Assembly (NCBI GenBank): GCA_963767005.1
Contig: CAVYCN010000008.1
Coordinates: 113,021-177,020, forward strand
Reading direction: 5' to 3'
Length of the DNA stretch: 64,000 bases
Source: an uncultured Actinomycetes bacterium
Lineage (GTDB): Bacteria > Actinomycetota > Thermoleophilia > UBA2241
The notes under the pieces are model-generated. The model saw only the letters and a program-made list of their open reading frames with translations, was not told the DNA's origin and searched no databases. The first letter of the stretch is position 1. Every line of letters begins with the position of its first letter. This document shows, piece after piece, positions 16,402 to 25,631 of this stretch. The position numbers and the translations under genes are program-made.

Positions 16402-17175
16402 GTGAGGATCCTGTTCCTGGGCGACGTGTTCGGGCAGCCCGGGCGCGACGCCGTCGTGCGCGAGCTGCCCGGTCTCGTCGACGAGTTCGAGACCGACTTC
16501 GTCGTGGCCAACGGCGAGAACGTGGCCAACGGCGCCGGCATCACGTCGAAGCTCGCCCAGAAGCTGCTGACCGCCGGGGTCGACGTGATCACCACCGGCA
16601 ACCATGTCTGGCGTCAGCGCGAGATCTTTCCGTTCCTCGACTCCAGCGACCGCATCGTGCGCCCGGCGAACTTCCCGCCGTCGAGCCCGGGCCGCGGCCT
16701 CACCGTGCGCACGGCGGCAAGCGGCGACGAGGTGGTCGTCATCAACCTCATGGGTCAGGTCTTCATGGGCACGAGCATCTCGCCCTTCCGTATCGTCGAC
16801 GCGCTCGTCGACGAGGCTCAGACGATGGCCGAGACGATCGTCGTCGACCTGCACGCCGAGGCGACGAGCGAGAAGGTCGCCATGACCAGGTACCTCGACG
16901 GCCGCGTCACCGCCGTGATCGGCACGCACACCCACATCCAGACGGCCGACGAGCACGTCACGGCGCAGGGCACCGCGGCCATCACCGACGTCGGCATGTG
17001 CGGCCCGCGCGACTCGGTGATCGGCGTGCGCAGCGACATCATCCTGCGACGCTTTCTGACCGAGCTGCCGGCGCAGTTCGAGGTGGCCGACGGCGACGTG
17101 CGCATCGACGCGCTCGTCGTCACCGCCGCGGGCGGCCGGGCGACCGCGGTCGAACGCCTGGAGCGACGGTGCTAG
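16402..17175 (+). CDS. ymdB: YmdB-family (TIGR00282) metallophosphoesterase
   Basis: MRILFLGDVFG, ANGEN, TTGNH, DLHAEATSEK and GTHTHIQTAD motifs. Confidence 0.93.
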   Translation: MRILFLGDVFGQPGRDAVVRELPGLVDEFETDFVVANGENVANGAGITSKLAQKLLTAGVDVITTGNHVWRQREIFPFLDSSDRIVRPANFPPSSPGRGLTVRTAASGDEVVVINLMGQVFMGTSISPFRIVDALVDEAQTMAETIVVDLHAEATSEKVAMTRYLDGRVTAVIGTHTHIQTADEHVTAQGTAAITDVGMCGPRDSVIGVRSDIILRRFLTELPAQFEVADGDVRIDALVVTAAGGRATAVERLERRC

Positions 17176-17274
17176 GCGGCCGCCGCCGGCCATCCAGGGC
17201 ACGCCGGGACCCGGTCCCGGCGCAGGCGCGAGCGCGGCGTCGCGGGGCGCTCAAGTGATGGCGGGGACCCACCG

Positions 17275-18936
17275 ATGAACGGGGCAGGCGGGCAGCCCGG
17301 GACGGCGACGAGCGACCTGGTCAAACAGTCGTCGCCCACCGAAGCCATGGGTAGCCTTGCTCGAGACGGCCGCATCAGGGGCAGCTCGATGGAAGAGGCA
17401 GCAGAGCCGGTGAGCGACGGCATCGTCAAGGAGAACACGTACGCGGCTGCTCCCAACGGCGCGAACCTCGACGCCGGCCTTGCGCTCGGCGAGGTCGCGG
17501 TCGGCAGCCCGCGCGGGGTGGGGGGTCGGCGCGCGCTCGTCACGCTCGCCGGCGACTGCGTCGCACTGGCCCTCGCGTCGGCCCTCGCCTACGTGCTGCT
17601 GCCGCTCATGGCGCACATGCCGCTCGTCGAGCGCTCCCTCGGCGACTACGCCAGCCTCAGGCCGCCGCTCGCCGCCATCTTCTTCATGGTGCCCTGGACG
17701 ATCTTCGTGCTGTACGGTTACGGCCTGTACCGCAGCTCGGCGCGCAGCATCAACGGCTGGGTGTTCTCCGAGGGCCTGCGCGGTCTGACCGCGATCTCGG
17801 TGGCGGCCTGGAGCGCCCTCGTCCTCACCCTGGTGCTCGACGGCACGACCGACGCGCTCGGCTACATCGCCGTGCTCTGGGGCTGCGAGGTCGCCGCCGT
17901 GCCGCTCTGCCGGGCCGTGGCGCGGGCCGCGGTGTGGCGCTCGCCGCGCCTGTCGGAACGCACCCTGATCGTCGGCGCCGGCGCGGTCGGGCATCTGCTG
18001 GGCGAGAAGATCGGCAAGCACCCCGAGTACAACCTGCGCCTCGTCGGCTACCTCGACGACGGCGAGCCGTTCGGGCCGAGCAAGCTGCCCGTGCCGGTGA
18101 TCGGCCGGCTCGAGGACCTGAACGACGTGCTCGACAGCCAGCGCGTGACGCGCGTGATCATCGCGTTCTCACGGGCTCGCCACCAGCAGATCCTCGACGT
18201 GGTGCGTACCTGCGCCGACCGCGGCGTGCGGGTGAACATCGTGCCGCGGCTGTTCGAGATCCTGAGCTCGCAGACCGAGATGGACGACGTCGAGGGCATC
18301 CCCCTGCTCGACGTCGCCCACGTCGAGATGTCGCGCTTCAACATGGTGGTCAAGCGCGCCTTCGACCTCGTGGCCGGCGGCGCGCTGACCCTGCTGGTGC
18401 TACCGCTGATCGGCGTGCTCGCCGTGGCCATCAAGCTCGACTCGCGCGGCCCCGTGTTCTTCAGGCAGGAGCGCATGGGGCGCGGTGGCCACGTGTTCCG
18501 CATGATCAAGCTGCGCTCGATGCACGTGAACGCCGAGGAGCTGCGCCATGACCTCGCCGACCTGAACGAGTACTCGGGGCCGATGTTCAAGATGAAGAGC
18601 GATCCGCGGGTCACACGCGTGGGGCGTTTCATCCGCAAGTGGAGCCTCGACGAGGTGCCCCAGATCCTCAACGTGGTGCGTGGCGAGATGAGCCTGGTGG
18701 GCCCCCGACCGCTCTGGGTCGACGAGGCTGCCCGCTGCCGGGGCTGGACCAAGAAGCGTCTCGACATCACGCCCGGCATGACCGGCCTGTGGCAGGTGAC
18801 CGGCCGCAACGACGTGCCCTTCGACGAGATGGTCAAGCTCGACTACATGTACGTCACCGGCTGGACGCTGTCCTGGGACATCAAGATCCTGCTCGAGACC
18901 ATCCCCGCCGTGCTGGGCAAGCGCGGCGCCTACTGA
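17275..18936 (+). CDS. Priming polyprenyl-phosphate glycosylphosphotransferase (WcaJ/WbaP/CpsE-like); start uncertain (17275, 17347 or 17389)
   Basis: N-terminal TM segments and Rossmann-like GAGAVG domain. C-terminal KRAFD, KLRSM, DPRVTRVGRFIRKWSLDE, MSLVGPRP and PGMTGLWQV. Confidence 0.92.
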   Translation: MNGAGGQPGTATSDLVKQSSPTEAMGSLARDGRIRGSSMEEAAEPVSDGIVKENTYAAAPNGANLDAGLALGEVAVGSPRGVGGRRALVTLAGDCVALALASALAYVLLPLMAHMPLVERSLGDYASLRPPLAAIFFMVPWTIFVLYGYGLYRSSARSINGWVFSEGLRGLTAISVAAWSALVLTLVLDGTTDALGYIAVLWGCEVAAVPLCRAVARAAVWRSPRLSERTLIVGAGAVGHLLGEKIGKHPEYNLRLVGYLDDGEPFGPSKLPVPVIGRLEDLNDVLDSQRVTRVIIAFSRARHQQILDVVRTCADRGVRVNIVPRLFEILSSQTEMDDVEGIPLLDVAHVEMSRFNMVVKRAFDLVAGGALTLLVLPLIGVLAVAIKLDSRGPVFFRQERMGRGGHVFRMIKLRSMHVNAEELRHDLADLNEYSGPMFKMKSDPRVTRVGRFIRKWSLDEVPQILNVVRGEMSLVGPRPLWVDEAARCRGWTKKRLDITPGMTGLWQVTGRNDVPFDEMVKLDYMYVTGWTLSWDIKILLETIPAVLGKRGAY

Positions 18937-19067
18937 CGCGGAGAGACCCCCTTCCCCAGCTCCTCCGCCTCGTATAGGCTTGGCGTCGTCGGCGCGGCCG
19001 TCGACGACCCGGGCTCGTCCTTTTGCGGACGCGAAGCCGCGGGCCGGGCGGCCGGACGCGCGAGTGG

Positions 19068-19141
19068 GGCGGCATGGCCAAGTGGTAAGGCGGGGGTGCG
19101 CAACACCTCGATCCCAGGTTCGACTCCTGGTGCCGCCTCCA
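19068..19141 (+). tRNA. tRNA-Cys(GCA) with atypical anticodon loop
   Basis: Cloverleaf: acceptor GGCGGCA/TGCCGCC; D-arm GCC-AAGTGGTAA-GGC; anticodon stem GGGGT/ACCTC with loop GCGCAAC; T-arm CCAGG-TTCGACT-CCTGG; U73 discriminator and encoded CCA. Confidence 0.9.
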
Positions 19142-19329
19142 GTCGTCCCGACGGCATCGTCCGCCGGCCGTCGCCCGGTGCCGCACCCCCTCGCGACCGC
19201 GCTTGGCCACCCTCCCGGCGTCCTTTCGGCGTCGCTTCGGGCGCCGAGGGGTAAGCACGGGCACGGATCCGGCCGATAAGAGCCCGTGAGCGCCGGCGGG
19301 TGCGCGGGCGCAACGACAGAGGAGGAGCG

Positions 19330-20289
19330 GTGGCACAGGAGCGAGTACTCGTGACCGGCGGGGCCGGCTTCATCGGCTCGAACATCGTCGACGCCCTGCT
19401 GGCCGACGGCTCCTGGGCCGTACGCGTCCTCGACAGCTTCGCCACCGGTCGGCGCGGCAACCTGGCCCACTGCCTCGACGACATCGAGCTCGTCGAGGGC
19501 GACATCCGCGACCTCGAGACCGTCGAGGAGGCCGTCGACGGCGTACAGCTCATCCTGCACCAGGCCGCGCTGCCGTCGGTCAGCCGTTCCGTGAAGGCGC
19601 CGGTCACGACCAACGCGGTCAACGTCGAGGGTACCCTCAAGCTGCTCTCGGCCGCGCGGCGGGCGGGCGTGCGCAGGGTCGTGCTGGCCTCGTCGTCGTC
19701 GGTCTACGGCGACGGGCACGAGCTGCCCAAGACCGAGCAGATGCCGCCGCGGCCGATGTCGCCGTACGCCGTGACCAAGCTGGCCGCCGAGAGCTTCTGC
19801 CGGGTGTTCTCCGAGATCTACGGCCTCGAGACCCTGGCGTTGCGCTACTTCAACGTCTTCGGGCCACGCCAGGACCCCACGTCGCAGTACTCGGGCGTGA
19901 TCGCCCGCTTCGCCCTGTCGGCGCTGCACAACGTGCCCTACCGCGTGTACGGCGACGGTCTGCAGTCGCGCGACTTCTCCTACATCGACAACGTCGTGCA
20001 CGCCAACCTGCTCGCGCTGCGGGCGCCGCGTGTGAGCGGCGAGGTGGTCAACATCGCCTGCGGCGAGCGCATCACCCTGCTCGACATGGTCACCGTCTTG
20101 AACGAGCTGGTCGGGCGCGAGGTGCCGGTCGAGTTCGTCGACCCGCGGCCCGGCGAGGTACGCCACTCCCAGGCGGGCATCCAGCGGGCCGCCGAGCTGC
20201 TCGACTACCATCCGGTGGTCGACTTCCGCGCCGGTATGGCACGCACGTTCGCCTGGTACGAGGAGCAGGAGTCGGCGCCGGTCGTCTAG
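19330..20289 (+). CDS. Extended-SDR NDP-sugar 4-epimerase (WbpP/TviC-like)
   Basis: VLVTGGAGFIGS, ASSSSVYG, YAVTK (YxxxK) and LRYFNVFGPRQDP; GGAGGAG SD. Confidence 0.9.
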   Translation: MAQERVLVTGGAGFIGSNIVDALLADGSWAVRVLDSFATGRRGNLAHCLDDIELVEGDIRDLETVEEAVDGVQLILHQAALPSVSRSVKAPVTTNAVNVEGTLKLLSAARRAGVRRVVLASSSSVYGDGHELPKTEQMPPRPMSPYAVTKLAAESFCRVFSEIYGLETLALRYFNVFGPRQDPTSQYSGVIARFALSALHNVPYRVYGDGLQSRDFSYIDNVVHANLLALRAPRVSGEVVNIACGERITLLDMVTVLNELVGREVPVEFVDPRPGEVRHSQAGIQRAAELLDYHPVVDFRAGMARTFAWYEEQESAPVV

Positions 20290-20302
20290 CGGCCGGCGCG
20301 GG

Positions 20303-20350
20303 GTCGAGCGGGGCGGGGCGCCGCGTCAGCGGCGCCCCGCCCCGCTCGAC
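20303..20350. terminator. Perfect 22-bp-arm hairpin between convergent genes
   Basis: GTCGAGCGGGGCGGGGCGCCGC-GTCA-GCGGCGCCCCGCCCCGCTCGAC. Confidence 0.8.
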
Positions 20351-20374
20351 TGCCTTTGCGTCTCGGATGTGGTC

Positions 20375-21301
20375 CTAGGCGCGCTTCGGCAGGCGATTGC
20401 TACCGCAGCCGCCGTCGAGCGACCACAGGCTGCGCCCGGACGGGGTCGAGCCCTTGATGGTGCTCGTCGAGAGGTTGTTGTGGGAGCTGCTCGTCCAGTA
20501 GCCGGCGTTCCAAGCGTGGCCGAGGATGAACTTGCAGTGCGAGAACACCGCGTCGTTGACGTCCTGCAGCTCGGTCAGACGAGCCGTCGAGCTGTCGGTC
20601 GGGGTGGTCTCCTTGCGCACGCCGTAGTTGATCGTCACCTTCTTGAAGACGAGGTGGCAGTTCTTGCCGGCCGGCCCCTCGAGGTTGAGGGCGTTCTTGC
20701 GGCAGGCGTAGATCGTCGTGTTCTGGACGGTGAAGTACGTGGGCCCGTTGATCTCGATCGCGCCCGAGTACTGCGGGTCCTGCTGGTCGTCGGAGCCCTT
20801 GATCGTGACGCCGCTGATCAGCGAGTGTGCGGGGAAGTACCCGCCGTCGAACGACATGGCCTCCTCGCCGGAGGCCTCGATCACGGTGCTGATCACCCTG
20901 ATGTTGCGATACCCGCGCGTGTTGGACGTGGGCCGCTGGGTGCACTCGATGCCCATGCGACCGGCCCGCAGGATGTGGCAGTGCGTGAACGTGATGTTGT
21001 ACACGTTGCCGTTGGTCGCGTTGATCGTGACGCCGTTCCAGGGGCCCGAGCCGATCGTGCAGTGGCTGAACGTGATGTTGTGGGCACCGCGACTGATCGT
21101 GAGCACGGCCGTGCTCGAGTCGCCGCCCTTGAAGGTCACATTGCTGTAGACCAGGTTGTGGGCGCCGGCCGGCACGCTGTAGGTGGTGAGTGTCTTGTTC
21201 TTGATGGTCGCGGCCCGCGCCGTGGCGGGGCCGGCCACGGCGACGAGCACGCCGCTCGCGAGCAGCGTGAGGGCTGCGACGGTGAGCAGGGTACGTCTCA
21301 T
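20375..21301 (-). CDS. Secreted right-handed parallel beta-helix (pectin-lyase-fold) protein
   Basis: Signal peptide MRRTLLTVAALTLLASGVLVAVAGPATARA followed by repeats such as NLVYSNVTF, NITFSHCTI and NITFTHCHI; Thr/Ser/Asn-rich. Confidence 0.7.
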   Translation of the reverse strand: MRRTLLTVAALTLLASGVLVAVAGPATARAATIKNKTLTTYSVPAGAHNLVYSNVTFKGGDSSTAVLTISRGAHNITFSHCTIGSGPWNGVTINATNGNVYNITFTHCHILRAGRMGIECTQRPTSNTRGYRNIRVISTVIEASGEEAMSFDGGYFPAHSLISGVTIKGSDDQQDPQYSGAIEINGPTYFTVQNTTIYACRKNALNLEGPAGKNCHLVFKKVTINYGVRKETTPTDSSTARLTELQDVNDAVFSHCKFILGHAWNAGYWTSSSHNNLSTSTIKGSTPSGRSLWSLDGGCGSNRLPKRA

Positions 21302-21565
21302 TTCCACGGCTCCGTTTCGGTTGGCGGTTGCGGGGTGCGGTCCGGCCCATGCCGGCCGTCCCTCCATGCCGTGCCGCGCCTTTCCGATCGCGGCGTTCGG
21401 TGCTCGCCGAAGCGGGGGATGGAGACCCCGCCCCAGCCCGACTCGAGACGGCGACGAGCCGTCGCCGTCGGTCAGAGGGAAGCTGCCGTCCGGCCGAACC
21501 GCGAACGCGGCGCGACGGCCGCGAGATCCGCACGGATCACGCGGTCGGCCGGACGGGGGTGGGGT

Positions 21566-21658
21566 CTAACGCTGGATCGTCTTCAGGACGAGTGAGATCG
21601 GGCAGAAGGGGGAATAGCGGCTTTGCAAGTGGGCCGGGGCCAATCGTCTACGGTGCAT
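21566..21658 (-). CDS. Putative 30-aa small protein or leader peptide (not in the ORF track)
   Basis: GAAAGGAGG-N6-ATG, then MHRRRLAPAHLQSRYSPFCPISLVLKTIQR-TAG. Confidence 0.45.
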   Translation of the reverse strand: MHRRRLAPAHLQSRYSPFCPISLVLKTIQR

Positions 21659-21810
21659 GACCTGCCTCCTTTCAGAGGTCGGCAGACCTCTTTGGGGTGG
21701 GCGCCGTCATGGAGCGCGCCGTGTGCTTTTGGTCGGTCGTGGAGCGTTGCCTGGCAAGTAAACGTCCGGGACCTTACCGGCCCTTTTCGCGTGCGTCAAC
21801 CCGCGCCCAA

Positions 21811-21940
21811 CTTCGTACGTGAAAGTGGGAAATTGCTCGGAGTTTCATCGTTTGTGCCGCTCGACACGAATGAGCGCAGGCGCACGACGGCGACGCGCGC
21901 CGGCCGCGACGAATGTGCAGTACGGGTCACACGTACGAAG
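21811..21940. repeat. Pair of perfect 11-bp inverted repeats 108 bp apart
   Basis: CTTCGTACGTG (21811-21821) and CACGTACGAAG (21930-21940). Confidence 0.6.
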
Positions 21941-22065
21941 AGCGCTGCTCCTCCCGAGCCGCGCAGGGCGGGCTGGGTGGACCGTCGCGGAAGCGGTGAG
22001 ATAGGGTGACGGCACGTGTCGTCAAGCGGGGGACAGACGGCAACGATCGCCGACAAGGGGGACAC

Positions 22066-23160
22066 ATGCCCGGGCCGCTCGTGAGCGTCGTCGTGCCCAC
22101 GTACAATCGTGCGGCGCTCGTCGTCGCGGCCGTCCGCTCGGCGCTCGCCCAGACCTGGACCAGGCTCGAGGTCGTCGTCGTCGACGACGGCTCGACCGAC
22201 GACACCGCCGCGGTCCTGGCGAGCCTCGCCGACGATCGGGTCCGCTGCATCCGGCAGGACAACGCGGGCGTGTCCGCGGCCCGCAACCGTGCCCTGGCCG
22301 AGGCCCGGGGCGATCTCGTCGCGTTCCTCGACAGCGACGACTCGTGGCTGCCCTGGAAGCTCGAGGCCGAGGTCGCCGTGCTGGCGCGGCACCCCGACGT
22401 CGGCCTCGTCTGGACCGACATGAGCGCGGTAGACGACGCCGGTCGCGTCGTCTACGAGCGCTACCTCACACGCATGTACACGGCCTACCGCTACTTCGGG
22501 CGCGAGCGCTTCGCCCAGAGCACCCGGCTCGACGAGTTGTGGTCGGAGTGCCCCGTCGAGCTCGCGGGCACGCGCTGCTCCGTCGGCGACGTCTATCCGT
22601 GGATCGTCATGGGCAACCTGCTGCACACCTCCACCGTGATGCTGCGGCGCGAGTGGCAGGAGCGGGTCGGCGGGTTCGGCGAGGACCTCCTGCCGGGGGC
22701 CGGCGAGGACTACGACTTCTACGTGCGGGTGACCCGGCTCGGCCCCGTCGCCTTCATCGACGCCGCCTCGACCCGCTATCGGGTAGGCGCGGCCGACCAG
22801 ATGACGGAGCCGGGTGGCTTGCTCGTGGCGGCCCGCAACAACCTGCTTACCGTCGAGAAAGCGCTCGCCGCCGACGGCGCCGCCGGCCTCCCGCCGGCGC
22901 TCGTGCGCGAACGCCTCGCGTTCTGTCACGGCTGGATCGGTGTCGAGGAGTCGGCGAGCGACCGCCGCGCCGCACGCGCTCACCTGGCGCGGGCCGTGCG
23001 CACGGCGCCGGCGCCCCGCTCGCGCGACTGGTGGCGCTTCCTGGCCTACGACGGCCTCTCGTATCTGCCGCCCGAGGCCCTCGTCGCCGCGCGGCGCGCG
23101 GCGCACGCGGCCAAGGCCGGCGCCGAGCGCGCGCGATCGGGGCGCGGGCGAGGCTCATGA
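22066..23160 (+). CDS. GT2 glycosyltransferase
   Basis: VSVVVPTYNR, VVDDGSTD, GVSAARN and FLDSDD motifs. Confidence 0.92.
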   Translation: MPGPLVSVVVPTYNRAALVVAAVRSALAQTWTRLEVVVVDDGSTDDTAAVLASLADDRVRCIRQDNAGVSAARNRALAEARGDLVAFLDSDDSWLPWKLEAEVAVLARHPDVGLVWTDMSAVDDAGRVVYERYLTRMYTAYRYFGRERFAQSTRLDELWSECPVELAGTRCSVGDVYPWIVMGNLLHTSTVMLRREWQERVGGFGEDLLPGAGEDYDFYVRVTRLGPVAFIDAASTRYRVGAADQMTEPGGLLVAARNNLLTVEKALAADGAAGLPPALVRERLAFCHGWIGVEESASDRRAARAHLARAVRTAPAPRSRDWWRFLAYDGLSYLPPEALVAARRAAHAAKAGAERARSGRGRGS

Positions 23161-23172
23161 TAGCCGGGCGCC

Positions 23173-24351
23173 GTGTCGAAAGAACCTGACATGGAGACCT
23201 TCGACACAGCCGGCGCCGCCGACGCGACGCACGCCCCGACGCCGTCCGCCCCGGCGCGGTCCGAGCCGCCCGCCGGGGTCGTGGCCTCCACCGCCGCGCA
23301 GCTCACCGCGTCGCAGCGCGAGGCCTGGCGCGACTTCGCGGCGGCGACTCCGCACGCGAGCTACGCGCAAGATCCCGACTGGGCCGACGTCGAGCGCGAC
23401 CCGGGCCACGGTCAGGCGCGCGAGCCGCGCTTCTTCTGGGCGGAGCGCGGCGGTCGCGTGTGCCTGACGGCGCTCGGTGTTCGGCGCCGCCTGCCCGTAC
23501 CCGGCCGCGTGTTCTGGGAGTTCGAGGGCGGTCCCGTCGTCCTTGAGCCCGCCGTGCTCGACGAGTGGCTGACCTGGCTGACCGCGACGCTGGGCCACGA
23601 GGCCGGGCGGCTGCGCGTCCAGCCAGCCTGGGCCCTCGACGAGGCCGGCGACCAGATGGAGAGCATCCTCGACGCCCACGGCTTCGTGCGTCGCCGCGGC
23701 CTCGGCATCTGGACCACCCTGATGGTCGGGCTCGAGCGGCCCGACGACGAGCTCCTCGCCTCGTTCCGGCGCCAGACCAGGCAGAAGATCAAGCAGTCCG
23801 GCGCGTTGGGCCTGCAGGTGTCGGCCGAGGACGACGAGCGCGGCCGCGCGGCTCTCGTCGCGCTCGACGCCGAGATGGCCGCCCGCACGCCGGTCCGCCC
23901 CATCGAGCAGGGCATCGTCGCGGCCATCAGCCGCCACTGGTTCAGGGACGGGGCCGGCGGCACGGTGCTCGTGGCGCGTCGCGACGGCGAGCCGCTCGCC
24001 GCCGCCCTGCTGATCGTCTCTCGTGCTACCGCCCACCTGCATACGCTGCCCTCGTCTCGCCGGAGCAATGACCTGCCGGCCACACACCTGCTGGTCTGGG
24101 AGGCGATGCGCTGGGCGCGCGATCACGGTTGCACCCTGTTCGACCTCGACGGCTACTGCGTGACCGCGCATCAGGGCGAGCCGCTCTGGGGCGTGAACCA
24201 GTTCAAGCGCGGCTTTGCGCCGAAGCTCGATATTGTGCGGACGGTGGCCGTTCACGAGCGGGTCTTCTCGCCCGCCCTCGTGAGCTCGGCCGCCTTGGTC
24301 AGGGAGCTGCAGGGCAGGTACCGGCGTTTCCGCGGCGCCGCGGAGTCATGA
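23173..24351 (+). CDS. FemAB/FemX-like tandem-GNAT transferase
   Basis: SYAQDPDWADV, GGPV, TLMVGLERPDDELLASFRRQTRQKIKQS, HLLVWEAMRWARDHGCTLFDLDG and GVNQFKRGF match the FemABX pattern. Confidence 0.8.
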   Translation: MSKEPDMETFDTAGAADATHAPTPSAPARSEPPAGVVASTAAQLTASQREAWRDFAAATPHASYAQDPDWADVERDPGHGQAREPRFFWAERGGRVCLTALGVRRRLPVPGRVFWEFEGGPVVLEPAVLDEWLTWLTATLGHEAGRLRVQPAWALDEAGDQMESILDAHGFVRRRGLGIWTTLMVGLERPDDELLASFRRQTRQKIKQSGALGLQVSAEDDERGRAALVALDAEMAARTPVRPIEQGIVAAISRHWFRDGAGGTVLVARRDGEPLAAALLIVSRATAHLHTLPSSRRSNDLPATHLLVWEAMRWARDHGCTLFDLDGYCVTAHQGEPLWGVNQFKRGFAPKLDIVRTVAVHERVFSPALVSSAALVRELQGRYRRFRGAAES

Positions 24352-25631
24352 GCTCGCCCCAGGCCGTCGTGGCACGCGCCGGCCCGGCGCTCGCCGGCCT
24401 GCCGCCGCTCCTCGTGCGCAAGGGGCGCGGTCTGCCGGCCGCGCTGCGTCACGAGCTGCGCGCGATCGAGGGACTGCGTTCCGACCGGCCGCGGGCTGCC
24501 TATATCGGCTTCGTGGGGTATGGCAACCTCGGCGACGAGGCGCTGCTCGAGGCCCACCGGCGGCTGTTCCCCGACGTCGACCTCGTCGTCTACCGCAAGA
24601 GCCGCGCCCTCGCCCTGCGGCACCGTGCCACCGGGCGGTCACCCTACGACTTCGGCATCCTGGGCGGCGGCACACTGATCGCGCAGCACCACAGCTGGCT
24701 CGAGTCGGTGCGACAGCTTCAGTCGCAGGGCGTGCCGATGATCTGCGTGGGCACGGGCGTCGCCGCGCCGGCCTTCTGGCGGCGCGGCGGGCTCGACCGC
24801 AGCTACCTGCTGCACGAGCCCGGCGAGCTCGCCGCCTGGCGTGAGGCGCTGGAACGGTTCGTCTACGTCGGCGTGCGCGGCCCCGAGTCGGCGCGTGAGC
24901 TCGCCGCCTGGGGGATCGCCGACGCCGACGTCGTGGGCGACGCCGTGCTATCCCTTGCGACGGCGCCGGCGCCCGTCGTCGGCCAAGCCCGCGAGCGGCT
25001 CGTGGGGGTCAACGTCGGGTGCACTCCGGGCGACCCGATGTGGGGCGACCCCGACACCTTCCTGGCGGAGATGACCCGCTTCGTGGCGCGGCTCTGCGAC
25101 GCCGGCCGGCGCGTGCGGCTGCTGCCCATCCGCGAGGGCGACGTCGCGAGCGCCGAGCTCGTGCGGGCCGGCGTGGGGAGCGCGCGCTGCGAGATCGTGC
25201 GCGCCTTCGACGGCTATGCCAGCTACGCCGCTCAGGCGCGCGACTGTGAGGTCTTCGTGGGGCAGAAGCTGCACGCCACGGTGATCGCCTGCCTGCAGCG
25301 GGTGCCGGCCCTCATGATCGAGTACCGGCCCAAGTGCCGCGACTTCATGGCGAGCCTCGGTCTCGAGGACCTGACGGTGCGCACCGACGCCTTCACGGCC
25401 GAGGTCGGCGTGACCATGCTCGACGACCTGCTCGGCCGGCGCGACCTCGTCGCCGCCCGTCTCGACGAGCACATCGCGCGGTACCGGCGCCGTCAGGTGG
25501 CCGCCGCGACCGTGCTCACCCGGCACCTGCTGACGGGGGGCGCCGCGGCCGCGGCGCCGGCCGGCCCCGCGGCCGCGGCGCCCGAGCCGGTGGCCGCCGG
25601 CGACGTCGGCCGCCAAGGCGCCGGCCGTTGA
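24348..25631 (+). CDS. Polysaccharide pyruvyl transferase (CsaB/WcaK-like)
   Basis: GYGNLGDEA, LGGGTLI, VGVRGPES, KLHA and YRPKC motifs. Confidence 0.85.
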   Translation: MSSPQAVVARAGPALAGLPPLLVRKGRGLPAALRHELRAIEGLRSDRPRAAYIGFVGYGNLGDEALLEAHRRLFPDVDLVVYRKSRALALRHRATGRSPYDFGILGGGTLIAQHHSWLESVRQLQSQGVPMICVGTGVAAPAFWRRGGLDRSYLLHEPGELAAWREALERFVYVGVRGPESARELAAWGIADADVVGDAVLSLATAPAPVVGQARERLVGVNVGCTPGDPMWGDPDTFLAEMTRFVARLCDAGRRVRLLPIREGDVASAELVRAGVGSARCEIVRAFDGYASYAAQARDCEVFVGQKLHATVIACLQRVPALMIEYRPKCRDFMASLGLEDLTVRTDAFTAEVGVTMLDDLLGRRDLVAARLDEHIARYRRRQVAAATVLTRHLLTGGAAAAAPAGPAAAAPEPVAAGDVGRQGAGR

